A DNA stretch of 63,440 bases, the filler included, from Octopus bimaculoides (Eukaryota), in NCBI RefSeq assembly GCF_001194135.2. It is 7 parts of 7 records of this genome, joined end to end, with 100 filler letters (N's around TTAATTAATTAA, not from the genome) between each part and the next. Parts side by side here need not be neighbours in the genome. Positions count along the whole stretch, not along the records: positions 44,597 to 54,013 come from NW_026380810.1; positions 54,114 to 59,610 come from NC_068982.1; positions 59,711 to 61,968 come from NW_026396406.1; positions 62,069 to 63,440 come from NW_026355645.1; 3 more parts are not named here. The stretch is one strand, 5' to 3'. This document shows, piece after piece, positions 50,491 through 62,628 of this stretch. Made by a program: the position numbers and the translations under genes. The stretch's first letter is position 1. Every line of letters starts with the position of its first letter. The notes beneath the pieces were generated by a model. That model did not search any database. It saw nothing but the letters and a program-made list of their open reading frames with translations, and was not told the origin of the DNA.

Positions 50491-52789
50491 GATTTTTTTA
50501 AATGATGATGATGATGATGATGATGATTTCTTTATTGACCACAAAAGTTTTACATCAAGGAAGTCATTATGGTTAGTACAGGACAAAACATTAAATATGA
50601 GTGTGTGTGCGTACGTGTGTGTGTGTGTGTGTGTGTATGGGAAGAAGCAAAACGCTTCAAGCGCATTTTTTAGACGCGTTGAATGTCGTTTATAGAGAAA
50701 GAGGTCAATTTAAAGGGGTGGAGGTGGTGGTGATGGAGATGACGTCAACTGAGAGAGAAAGACAGAAAGTGTAAGTAATTGGGAGGTGGGGAGAGAAATA
50801 TAATATTCAGTTTGTGAGATTAGTTTACTTATGTAAACGACTAACACACACACACATATATACACTACAACATATACATACTACAACATAAACACACAAA
50901 CACACGTGCACAGACTAAAACATACACACACATACATGAGGAGATAATCACCACCCATGTATAGTATATAATAAACTTCACAGAAGCTTTTGCATTTCTC
51001 AGAACGGAATTTGCAAGACGGAACTCTCTCCTGAGACAGAAAAAACTTCAGACTGAAATTGAAACCTAATTATAACCCTGGTAAATATTACTGTGATATT
51101 TATTATGATTAACACACAATTTACTAACACATTTACATTGTATAAACATTTATTATAACTATTTCAAACATAAACATACTTTTATATTGGAATTTGTTTT
51201 GTGTTCAGACAGTATTTTATAGACTAGAAAGTGAGAAAACATTTTAGAATGTTACAAATAGAACTTTCTTATTTACATTTCCGGAATATAAAACATATTT
51301 TGGTTATAACTATGTAAAAACTCTTTAATGGAAACTAAAGGGATGAATATGTTCATCTGATAATGCATTATTTTAGGTAGTTTACAGTGAGTTTCTATTT
51401 CTAAAGTGAAATTTAAAGTTTGTAAATCTATTTTATGTCTGTAAAATCAATCGGTTGTTTTTGTTTATTCTTCATTATTTTATACACTTAGAGGGGGTGA
51501 GAAGGGTCCTGCCTTTGAACCAACTATTTTCCTCAGTGTCTCTGAATGATGGGTGGGTGGAAGATGTCCTCAACACAGAATACCTAACATGAATGCATAC
51601 AACAGAGAAATCCTCTGTTAAAGGGACCCCAATAGCCAAATGGTAATGTTAGAATAGGGGTTGGATTAAGTTTACTACATAGGTAGGCCTCAGCAGGATT
51701 TGAACTCAGAACACCAAAGAAAAAGAGATTAAATGCTGCGAGGCATCTTGTCCAATGTCTAAATATTCCATAAGTTCAACCCCTTAGATTATTATTCTAT
51801 TTATCAACCTCTTGGAAGATATAAAAAAGGTAATGTTAGCCTCGCCCGGATTTGAACTCAGATCGTAGAGAGAGAATAAATACCACAACTTATTGCATCC
51901 CACATGGCAATGACTCAAATAATTTTTCCTACTTTCAATCAATGAAATTTTAGAACTGATTTTTATTTTAATATTAAATTTTGAATATAAATGTAATTAT
52001 TCTGGAAATTTAATTTGTAAATATATCTTGAAGTAAACAAGAACTGTTTAAATATCAAACAGTTTGGTGACATCTTCCTACCACACCTTTATCCTACATC
52101 AACATTTTAATGTGGAATGCACTAAATATGTTTTCTCTCTATCTTGGATATTATTTATCAGATGGATAGCTTCTAAGAATTATTGCACATTGTCTGGAAT
52201 TATTACAAACTTTATTACAAACCAACGATGGTGTCTCCAAATAACTGCATGAACTAAACATATTAGATAATGAATACATATGAGAGGGCCATGGCTAGAA
52301 AGTCTTTAACAATTTGGTTATGCGAGTTGATAAAATTAATTTTAATGTTGTAAAATTTCGACTTCTATAAGTTATAGTATGACATATGACTTAAACATCT
52401 TATTAAATTTGAAAAGACTATATATTTAATATATGTTTATAGATTACATATAAATACAGTATTTGAAACAATAATCTAGGTGATAATTTATTAAACAAAG
52501 AAATATTTCTGTGGAATTATCGTATTTTACATTAAAAATTTTAAGAACTTTAAAGAAAAATCATAATATCCGAAAAAGAAAAAAATTACTTTTAATTTTG
52601 ATTTAAATACAATAAATGTTTATCCATAAAATTAAAAAAATTAAGAAACGCTATTGATTTTGTAAAAATGTTTTCAGTTTTGTTAAATATGAAAGAAATC
52701 TTTATTGTTCTGCTCTAAATATATTCAGTAGAAGAAATATAGTACTTGGTTGTCTCACTGAATGATGGATCGTGGCACTGAGTATGACA

Positions 52790-54013
52790 ATCTATATATG
52801 TATGTCCTTATTTGGTTTTATTTCAAGATGTCTTGCCAATAGGGAAAGCGTCGGTTTCTAACCTAGATCCAAGGTTCCTTCATAGGAATTTCAACATCAC
52901 CAACAGAATATTTTTGCATGTATGTATATGTGTGCAGATTTGTATTTTTTATGTATGTATTCTCATGCATATATTTGTATATCTAGACATGGTCATATAT
53001 ATTTAAATGATAAACTTCTGGAAAGTTTTACAGATTCTCACAGTTCCAGTGATAGACTGGATCTGTACTCTTCGAATCAGCTTTCCCCTTTCTGGTTATG
53101 AGAAGCCGAAATTTTCAAGACTGGTATTTAGGCAATGTGTTACATATCCCAGGGCCTCAATAACTACAGGTATAAGCCTGAACTTGTAATCTGGACAGAG
53201 TAACTGCAGATTTCTCAATAGTCCAGCATAGGTGTTCTCCTTTTCACTGATCTTCAGCTTTATGTTAACATCCGCTGAGCAGCTAATTTCCACAACTGTA
53301 TAGTTTCTCTTTTCTATCCCAAATCATATCAGGTCTGTTGTGCTTACATTTCATTGAGGTTTTCACTGAAACATTCCATCAGTAGTCCTTTTTATTATGA
53401 GTGGCTATGGCTTCTACCATAGTGTGAGTACTTATTTCTTTGTCCTTGGGGTTATACTTCCGACGGATTTCATTATAGTATGTCCTAGATACAAAATTAT
53501 TTCTCAACAGTAGATAATACTATGATGACATTTTTAGACAATTGCTTATGAATGGTTGATATCTTCGGTGTTTACTCTACAAAGTCGGCATCGGTTATCA
53601 CATTTTACTGCTTTTCCTGCATCTCTATCCCTTTTGTGCATCAGGTATTTGGTTGATATTTCCTGTTCGTGGATTGCAACCACATACCCTTCAAACTGGA
53701 AGCTAGTAATTCCGCCACTGGTCCATGATAGACTGCTTTGATGATCAATATTACTATCATCTTAACTTGGAGCTTTCTACTAGCATACCTTCTGCTCATA
53801 TAATCTCATCCATTCATGTGATTGCAGTGGAGTCCTGCGACTTCTTTTAAGGACATGTATTTAAGGTTATCAGAAAAGGAATTTAGCTCAAAGTGCTGCG
53901 TTCCATGTCTTATGATGTAAAAACTTGGTCAAGGGATGCACTTCGATTCTTGTTGGTTAAAAAATGTTACCCAAGGGATATGATGCGACATTGAAAGGCA
54001 ATCTGGATCGATG
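52790..54013 (-). mobile_element. R4/Dong-type LINE family A, 3' portion (CCHC, RLE, 3' UTR)
   Basis: EGYVVAIHEQEISTKYL, CRLCRVNTEDINH, RPDMIWD...EISCSAD, LRNLQLLCPDYKFRLIPVVIEALGYV. The element ends in ACATACATA. Confidence 0.87.
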
Positions 54014-54163
54014 NNNNNNNNNNNNNNNNNNNNNNNNNNNNNNNNNNNNNNNNNNNNTTAATTAATTAANNNNNNNNNNNNNNNNNNNNNNNNNNNNNNN
54101 NNNNNNNNNNNNNATATGTATATAAATATGTGTTTATGTGTATATATACGTGTGCATATAATG

Positions 54164-54196
<33 letters not shown>

Positions 54197-55025
54197 AAGT
54201 ATATATATTCATACATACTATATACATATAAATACAGAAAGAGAGTGAGAAAGAGAGGGAAAGAGATAGGGAGCGAGAGAAGAGGAGAGAGAGAGGAGGA
54301 GAGAGATAGGGGGAGAGAGATTGTGTGTATGAGAGAAATAGGTGAGAGAGATGGGATAATGACGGATAGAAACAGAGAAAGCGAAGCTAAAGCGTGAGAG
54401 AGCAAGAGACAAACGAAGTCATCAAATGGTGTATTGTCACCTGACATTCCACTTTCGAAATCATGTCAGTCGGCATTGCCAAATAATGGACAATTACCAT
54501 TATTATCACTCAGTAATATGGACGCCTTTTCAGATTTCGGTCTCCTTATTGTTAGCTTAGCGCCATATTTACCCACCACAACAAGGCTTTATGCAATATT
54601 CTATTATTTCTGTATGCATAATTCCATAATCATCTTAGCCAACTCAAAGACACATTTTGACATTCTTCAAAGAACTTATATTTTTTTTATTATTGGTATT
54701 GGCTCCATTTTTTTTTGTCTTTGTCTTATATTTCGGGGAAATAAGTATTTTTATTTTCTGGTTTGAAGACGCTACTGCTGGTGAAGTTGATGATGGTGTT
54801 TGTAGTGGCGGCGGTCGTCGATGTGATACTGCTGATGTTGGTGATGATGATAATTGCAGTGATAATGAGGGTGGCGATGGTGGTGGTGGTGGTGGTGTGT
54901 TGTAGTAGTGGTAGCTATAGTGATGATGATAATGACGATGATTATGAGAATGGTATAGATGGTTACGATGATGCTGAGGATGATGAAGGTTGTGACAGTG
55001 GTAGTGTTCATGACAAATTAAAATA

Positions 55026-55197
55026 AGCGCAAGCGTGGTTGTGTGGTAAGAAGCTTGCTTCCCAGCCACATGGTTCTGGGTTCAGTCTCACTAGGTGGCA
55101 CCTTGGGCAAGTGTCGTCTACCATAACCCCGGGTCAACCAAAGTCTTTCGAGTGGATTTGGTAGAAGGAAACTGAAAGAAGCATGTCGCGCGCGCGT
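55026..55197 (+). mobile_element. S1 SINE 5' half, followed directly by LINE sequence
   Basis: gtggttgtgtggtaagaagcttgcttcccagccacatgg...ggaaactgaaagaagcatgtcg, then (CG)n(TG)n. Confidence 0.87.
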
Positions 55198-55199
55198 GT

Positions 55200-56187
55200 G
55201 TGAGTTGAAACAAAAACTATTTTCAGTATTTAAAGAAGCTGACAAATACAAACAAGAAATCAATCTACCTAACAAATACGAAGAAGAAGTAGAAGAAGAA
55301 CCAACAAAAGCTATAAAACAAATGAAATCCAAACTAAAACTAGAACAGCAACGGACCATGATAAAACGATGGCAAGAAAAGCCCCTACATGGTAAATACA
55401 GGGCTGAACTAAATGCAAAAGAAATAGACAGAGAAAAATCCCAGCAATGGTTGAGAGGCTCAGGACTCAAAGCAAAGACTGAAGGATNNNNNNNNNNNNN
55501 NNNNNNNNNNNNNNNNNNNNNNNNNNNNNNNNNNNNNNNNNNNNNNNNNNNNNNNNNNNNNNNNNNNNNNNNNNNNNNNNNNNNNNNNNNNNNNNNNNNN
55601 NNNNNNNNNNNNNNNNNNNNNNNNNNNNNNNNNNNNNNNNNNNNNNNNNNNNNNNNNNNNNNNNNNNNNNNNNNNNNNNNNNNNNNNNNNNNNNNNNNNN
55701 NNNNNNNNNNNNNNNNNNNNNNNNNNNNNNNNNNNNNNNNNNNNNNNNNNNNNNNNNNNNNNNNNNNNNNNNNNNNNNNNNNNNNNNNNNNNNNNNNNNN
55801 NNNNNNNNNNNNNNNNNNNNNNNNNNNNNNNNNNNNNNNNNNNNNNNNNNNNNNNNNNNNNNNNNNNNNNNNNNNNNNNNNNNNNNNNNNNNNNNNNNNN
55901 NTCATGAAGGAAAAAAATGCTTTCTAATTGATGTATCAATACCAGCAGATGACAACGTTTCCCTAAAAGGAATGGAAAAACTTTCAAAATACAAAGACCA
56001 GGAAATAGAGGTAACTCGAATGTGGAATCTAAAAACAGAAACAATTCCTATCATAGTAGGTGCCTTAGGTATAATAAAAAAATATTTAGACAAATATTCA
56101 GCAAACCACAGCACATACCCAAGGCACACAGAGCTGCGCTCGGTAGTGAAGTGAAAGCACGTTATAAAAATAAAACTACTGAACAAC

Positions 56188-56190
<3 letters not shown>
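55200..56190 (+). mobile_element. R4/Dong-type LINE family B, 5'-truncated, spanning a gap
   Basis: WQEKPLHGKY...DREKSQQWLRGSGLKAKTEG [gap] CFLIDVSIPADDNV..KGMEKLSKYKD.EIEVTRMWNLKTETIPIIVGALG, followed by an (AAT)n tail. Confidence 0.9.
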
Positions 56191-56227
<37 letters not shown>

Positions 56228-56244
56228 GTAATGATAATAATAAT

Positions 56245-56635
56245 AATAATCCTTTCTATTATAGGCACCAGGCCTGAAATTTGGTAGGAGATGACTAGTT
56301 GATTATATTGAACCCAGTGTTTCACTAGTACTTAATTTATCGAGCCCGAAAAGATGAAAGGAAAAGTCAACCTCAGCGGAATTAATGATAATAATAATAA
56401 GAAGAAGAAGAATAAGAATAATATTGGTATCAATTTTTTGCACAAGGCCAGCAATTTCGAGAGGGGGATAAGTCGATTACATCGACTCCCGTGCAAAGCT
56501 GGTACTTATTTGTATCGATCACCGATAGTATGGAATGCAAAGTCGACCTCGGTGGAATTTGAGCACAGAATGTAAAGATGGACGAAATGTCGCTAAGCGT
56601 TTTGACCGGCATGCAAACGGTTCTACCATCTCGCT
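56245..56635 (-). mobile_element. Two tandem S2 SINE copies
   Basis: Copies at 56245-56385 and 56420-56635 share gtcgattacatcgac and aaagtcgacctcggtggaatttg with other S2 copies. Confidence 0.8.
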
Positions 56636-56834
56636 TCCTAAATAAATAACGTAATATGAGTCAAGCCATAAATTCTATCCTTATTTTTAAGCGATTCACA
56701 GAAATATGGCACTCGACCTACACTGGGTAACACTGCTTACGTATCTATATGCATGCATACATGCACACACATACATACATACATGCATACATACACACAT
56801 ATATATAAATACATAGTTACAATTTCTGTTATCT

Positions 56835-57832
56835 TTTTGTTCCTTTCAGTCATTGGAGTGCGACCATGTTCGGGCACTACCTCGAAGGATTTCGTCGAAC
56901 AAATCGACTGCAATATTTATTTTTTAAGTCTGGTGCTTATTCTATCGGTCTGTTTTACCTAACCGTTAGGTTACGGGGATATAAGCAAACCAATACCGGT
57001 CATCAAGTGATGGTAGGTTTAAACACAAAGACACACATACACATACATACATACATACATACATATGCTGCATTATTCAGAAATCTGCAGTTACTCTGTT
57101 CAGATTACAAGTTCAGATTTATACCTGTTATTATTGAAGCACTAGGATATGTAACACAGTGCCTAAATACCAGTCTTGAGAAATTAGGCTTCTCAAAACC
57201 AGAAAGGACAAAGCTGATTCGAAGACTACAGATCCAAGCCATCACTGGAACTGTGAAAATCTGTAAAACTTTCCAGAAATTTATCATTTAACTATATATG
57301 AGCATGCCTAGTTATGCAACTACATGCATGAGAATACATACATAAAAGAAAACATACATATCTGCATACATATTGACATACATACAAATCGATATACATA
57401 CATACATACAAATCAGCGCATAAATACATATGCATACGCCTAGACATGAAAATATATGCACAAAAACGCATCCATAAAACAAACATACAAATCTGCGCAT
57501 ACACTAACTCCAAATACTGCACACACACACACATATGCACAAATACCTAGAAGATGTTGATAAAAGTTCCAATGAAGGAGTCTTCAATCTATGTTAGAGT
57601 CCGGCTCTTTCTCTATTGACAAGAAATACAGAAATGAAACTGATTGATAACATACATACATACGACTTACTTTGTTACTAGTTCTTTCTACCACGTTCAC
57701 TTACAAGATGATAGTTGGTCGAGTCGGGGCTTTGGCAGAAGACACTTGCACAAGATACCGTGCAGTGGGTTGAACCCCAAAGCTATGTGGTTGCAAAGTG
57801 AGCTTGTTAACCACACTGCCATACCTGCACCT
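56835..57832 (-). mobile_element. S1 SINE split by a nested family A LINE
   Basis: 3' half at 56835-57040 and 5' half at 57655-57832; the LINE sits in the central (ACAT)n. Confidence 0.78.
57066..57650 (+). mobile_element. R4/Dong-type LINE family A, 5'-truncated 3' end
   Basis: LFRNLQLLCSDYKFRFIPVIIEALGYV...GTVKICKTFQKFII*, the inverted homologue of 53006-53220, with the same 3' UTR. Flanked on both sides by ACATACATACATA. Confidence 0.9.
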
Positions 57833-58196
57833 GTATGTGTATGTGCATGTGTGTGTTTGTGTGTGTGTGTGTGCGTGCATAAAATGTTACATGCGCTGAT
57901 TTGTATGTATGTATGTATGTATGTATGTATGTATGTATGTATGTATGTATGTATGTATGTGTATGTGTGTCTTTGTTATTTACAGCGTACTTGTTTACTT
58001 TTCACTCGGGGACTTGATTTAACCACAATACTTCGCTTCCTGTCCACTACCTTCCTTTTTTTTTTTTTTTCACCATCCTTGCTATGAATCTCTAAAATAT
58101 GTCCATTTATTCACAACAGAAGCATATAAGCAACAACAACAACATCAGCAAAAAACATGCAAAACAAAACACAAAATAAAACAAAAACAAAAAAGT

Positions 58197-58251
58197 GTAG
58201 CAACAACAAAAGTAGCAACAACAAAAGTAGCAACAACAAAAGTAGCAACAA
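58197..58251. repeat. 15-bp tandem repeat (GTAGCAACAACAAAA) x3.6
   Basis: Read directly from the sequence. Confidence 0.9.
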
Positions 58252-59557
58252 GAAACTTGTTTTGAGAGATTAAAAAAAATGTAAAAATATACAACGCACC
58301 TTGCTTAGCTGCACAAAACAAAGGTAGCCAATATTGTGGCGCCATCTGCCGATAGAAACATTCCATGAGTTTCCTAGTCTTCATCTCTCGTGCAATTAGA
58401 ATTCATCATCGTCATCATCATAAATATTATTTTTTTAAGATTTCCGTTTTTGTTTTCAGTTCGCTGGATTATTGTTGTTATATATTTTTTTCTTCTTCAT
58501 ACTTTTATTCATTGATTGATTGATCAATTCGTTCATTCATTCTTTGATATTTTCATTCATTCGTTCGTTCGTGTTTTCCTTTTATTCATTGCACTTTCTA
58601 GTATTTTATATAACTAGCGCGTTTCGTTTAGTTTTGTCTTGTTTATTAAAAAATCTCGCGAATATTTTGCGGCTACATTTTCTTTTTAGCTTCCTTCGTG
58701 TGTTTAATCTATCTTTCCTATTTTGACGGCAGATCAAAAGATCACATAATACTCCCCCCTCCTCCTCCTCCATTCTCTACAATTTCAATACTACACCATA
58801 CGTTAAACTAACAGTATTAACACCTCTCATGACAAAACTGTGTCGTTTGACAAAGCAAAGCGAAAAGCAATACGCAAAAAAAAAAACAACAACCAAAAAC
58901 AACATATACAAGCAAATAAATAAATAACGCTTGAACGAAAACAAAACCAAAATACAAAATAAAAATAGATTAAATAAAATAATAAATATATACAAAACAG
59001 ATATGGGGAATAAAAGAGCTATTACAACAGCTATGTTCAATAACCAATAGATCTTGAAGCATTATTGAATGTTACAATTTATGGTGGACGAATATCAATT
59101 CGCTATGTCATAGCAACGAGAAATGGCAATCAGACAGAAGAATTGACAAGGCAAAGAACTAGAACCACTTTGAAAGATGGCATCATAACCTTATGGAATA
59201 CGGGAGAAAGCAACATTTTCCTTTGTATACTATGACGCCAAAGAGCGAAGATAAAATAAAGGTATAAGAAGCAGCTGAAGAACGAGAAGAAAAAAAAGCA
59301 TAGACAATAGAAAAAAATATAGTCTTAGTAAAGAACGTAAATAGAGAATAAAGAAATGTAGCAATTATATATAGTTTTCGAATTTGGTATTTTATTCGCA
59401 CAATTACTAATAGAGCAACAATCACATACATGCAGAGACGTACGCAGACACACGAACATGGATATATATATAGATGTGTATATATACACACGCGTGCTCA
59501 ATATATATGTATATATAGATAAGTATACACCATCTCATATATATATGTGTGTTTGTT

Positions 59558-59610
<53 letters not shown>

Positions 59611-59710
59611 NNNNNNNNNNNNNNNNNNNNNNNNNNNNNNNNNNNNNNNNNNNNTTAATTAATTAANNNNNNNNNNNNNNNNNNNNNNNNNNNNNNNNNN
59701 NNNNNNNNNN

Positions 59711-59862
59711 TCATTCCTAAGTTTGACTCTCCATTTCACGGCCAAAGTTTGGTCTTGCGCTGCCAGTATAGTACTCTCGGTCTCTTTTTTCAGGGTTCCT
59801 TTCGTCAGCCAATCCCATCTATGTTTTCCAGCAACTTCTGTTGTGTATCCTTCAGAATTCAA
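59711..59862 (-). mobile_element. R4/Dong-type LINE fragment within a GPCR intron
   Basis: WDWLTKGTLKKETESTILAAQDQTL matches the WL..G.LK.ETE..I.AAQDQ motif. Confidence 0.85.
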
Positions 59863-59979
59863 TAATATAAAATATCAAGCAAGACCCGACATCTATATCC
59901 CACCCTTGCAATATAATATTTATTCAAGACCATGCGTCAGTGTCAAATATTATTGTTGTTGTTGTTACTGTTTCTGTAG

Positions 59980-60124
59980 GCAGTGGCTGCTCTGTTACAC
60001 TACTTCCTTCTGACATCTCTCATGTGGATGACTGTAGAAGCACTTCATATTTATCTAGGCGTGGTTGTTGTATTCAAAACACATCAGCCACCTTTCATGA
60101 AGAGGAGTTCAATTGTTGCATGGG
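59980..60124 (+). CDS. Adhesion GPCR (7tm_2) internal exon, TM3 to start of TM4
   Basis: Acceptor tttctgtag, then AVAALLHYFLLTSLMWMTVEALHIYLGVVVVFKTHQPPFMKRSSIVAW-G (145 nt), then donor gtatgt. The LLHYF.L....WM..EA..Y motif is the family B TM3 signature. Confidence 0.92.
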
Positions 60125-61614
60125 GTATGTATAACGGTTTTCTGTCTTTGTGTCATTAATTTTGGCTCCCTCACACATACTCTTCTTTTCTTTTTCGTCC
60201 CTTTTTTTATTTCACTCTCTCTCTCTCATTCACTCAATATCACACAATCTCTGTGTCGAAGTTTTGTAATTGGTTGGTGAGAAAAATGTTCACTTGAACG
60301 ACCCGAACATAACATATCTTTACTGATTTCATTGAACCAAATATGATGAAAAAAGAATTGACTTTTATGAGATTTGAAACATGGGAGCTAAATTAAACAA
60401 TGTAAATTATGTCTGTTGGAATTTTTTAAGTGGGTCTTACCAATTAGTGCATTATGGAAATATGTAAAACGAGATGTAAATATATCGATGCAAAAGTGAA
60501 TGAAATATAATATTTATATATACATGATAAACATAAACTATAAAGAAATTAATTCCCAGGATTATCCATTAAGTCAAGCTAAAANNNNNNNNNNNNNNNN
60601 NNNNNNNNNNNNNNNNNNNNNNNNNNNNNNNNNNNNNNNNNNNNNNNNNNNNNNNNNNNNNNNNNNNNNNNNNNNNNNNNNNNNNNNNNNNNNNNNNNNN
60701 NNNNNNNNNNNNNNNNNNNNNNNNNNNNNNNNNNNNNNNNNNNNNNNNNNNNNNNNNNNNNNNNNNNNNNNNNNNNNNNNNNNNNNNNNNNNNNNNNNNN
60801 NNNNNNNNNNNNNNNNNNNNNNNNNNNNNNNNNNNNNNNNNNNNNNNNNNNNNNNNNNNNNNNNNNNNNNNNNNNNNNNNNNNNNNNNNNNNNNNNNNNN
60901 NNNNNNNNNNNNNNNNNNNNNNNNNNNNNNNNNNNNNNNNNNNNNNNNNNNNNNNNNNNNNNNNNNNNNNNNNNNNNNNNNNNNNNNNNNNNNNNNNNNN
61001 NNNNNNNNNNNNNNNNNNNNNNNNNNNNNNNNNNNNNNNNNNNNNNNNNNNNNNNNNNNNNNNNNNNNNNNNNNNNNNNNNNNNNNNNNNNNNNNNNNNN
61101 NNNNNNNNNNNNNNNNNNNNNNNNNNNNNNNNNNNNNNNNNNNNNNNNNNNNNNNNNNNNNNNNNNNNNNNNNNNNNNNNNNNNNNNNNNNNNNNNNNNN
61201 NNNNNNNNNNNNNNNNNNNNNNNNNNNNNNNNNNNNNNNNNNNNNNNNNNNNNNNNNNNNNNNNNNNNNNNNNNNNNNNNNNNNNNNNNNNNNNNNNNNN
61301 NNNNNNNNNNNNNNNNNNNNNNNNNNNNNNNNNNNNNNNNNNNNNNNNNNNNNNNNNNNNNNNNNNNNNNNNNNNNNNNNNNNNNNNNNNNNNNNNNNNN
61401 NNNNNNNNNNNNNNNNNNNNNNNNNNNNNNNNNNNNNNNNNNNNNNNNNNNNNNNNNNNNNNNNNNNNNNNNNNNNNNNNNNNNNNNNNNNNNNNNNNNN
61501 NNNNNNNNNNNNNNNNNNNNNNNNNNNNNNNNNNNNNNNNNNNNNNNNNNNNNNNNNNNNNNNNNNNNNNNCTTTCAAAGTCGCTTTCTTATTTGAGTTT
61601 CTATTTCTTTGTAG

Positions 61615-61968
61615 CTGTTGGTTGTCCAGGTCATACTTCTATGCTGCTTTCCTGGCTCCCGTGGCGATCATCCTTACCTTCAACCTTATCATGTTTTCTC
61701 TCGTTATCTGCCATCTTATCTCAATGCAACATAACGAGAGATTTGAACACAAAACAAGAAAAATACGTGTTTTTGGTATCGCTGGTTTATTCTTTCTACT
61801 TGGGCTGTCGTGGGTCTTAGCATTCTTGGCGTTTGGTGAAGCAGCCAAAGTGTTTCAATTTCTTTTTGTTACTTTTAATACTCTGCAAGGAATGTTTATC
61901 TTCCTATTCTACTGCTTATTCAAGGAAGATGCCAGAGATGTCATCTGCTTGTTTGTATGTAAACGAAA
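61615..61968 (+). CDS. Adhesion GPCR exon, ECL2 (CW) through TM5-TM7, running into the scaffold end
   Basis: Acceptor ctatttctttgtag, then C-TGT-TGG giving CWLSRSYFYAAFLAPVAIILTFNLIMF...LFFLLGLSWVLAFLAFG...FQFLFVTFNTLQGMFIFLFYCL, with typical CW, LLGL.W and FN.LQG.FIF motifs. Confidence 0.92.
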
Positions 61969-62068
61969 NNNNNNNNNNNNNNNNNNNNNNNNNNNNNNNN
62001 NNNNNNNNNNNNTTAATTAATTAANNNNNNNNNNNNNNNNNNNNNNNNNNNNNNNNNNNNNNNNNNNN

Positions 62069-62628
62069 AAAGTACCACTCTGAGTGAATGTTTTACCACA
62101 TATATCACAGTCGTATGGTTTCTCTCCAGTATGAACATGTCTGTGTTGAATCAAATGACTACTTTCAGAAAAGGTCTTACCACAAATATCACAGCAATGT
62201 GGTCTCTCTCCTGTGTGCATACGTTTGTGTCGAGACAAATTAGCACTGCTAGAAAAGTTTTCACCACAGATATCACAGTGATGTGGTTTTTCTCCTGTGT
62301 GGCGACGTCTATGTTCAAATACATGACCACTTTGGGAAAATGTTTTACCGCAGATATTACAGTGGTATGGTTTCTCTCCTGTGTGAATACGTATGTGCTG
62401 ATATAACAAACTACTTTTAGTGAATCCTTTACCACAGACTTCACAGTGGCACAGCTTTGAGTCTGAGTGAGTTAATTTATGTTGAACTAAATTGTTTCTT
62501 GTTGGGAATAACTCCCCACAGACATCACAATAGTGTGATTTCTCATTTGAATTTTTCTCTGTCTTATCAGATAAATCAATGATTTCATTCTGTGATTCAT
62601 TTTGATTCTCATATAATTTCTCCTCCAT
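62069..62628 (-). CDS. Tandem C2H2 zinc-finger protein, 5' part (5 complete fingers plus 1 partial)
   Basis: ATG at 62628 (MEEKLYEN...), CX2CX12HX3H fingers with TGEKPY/TGEKPH/TGERPH linkers; truncated by the spacer. Confidence 0.95.

Noticed and set aside
1142-62020. Long ORF-track entries rich in X, YI/HT/CV or homopolymer runs
   Set aside because: They are translations of N gaps and microsatellites, not genes.
61615-62628. Apparent convergent GPCR and zinc-finger gene pair
   Set aside because: The two are separated by a synthetic spacer and lie on different scaffolds.
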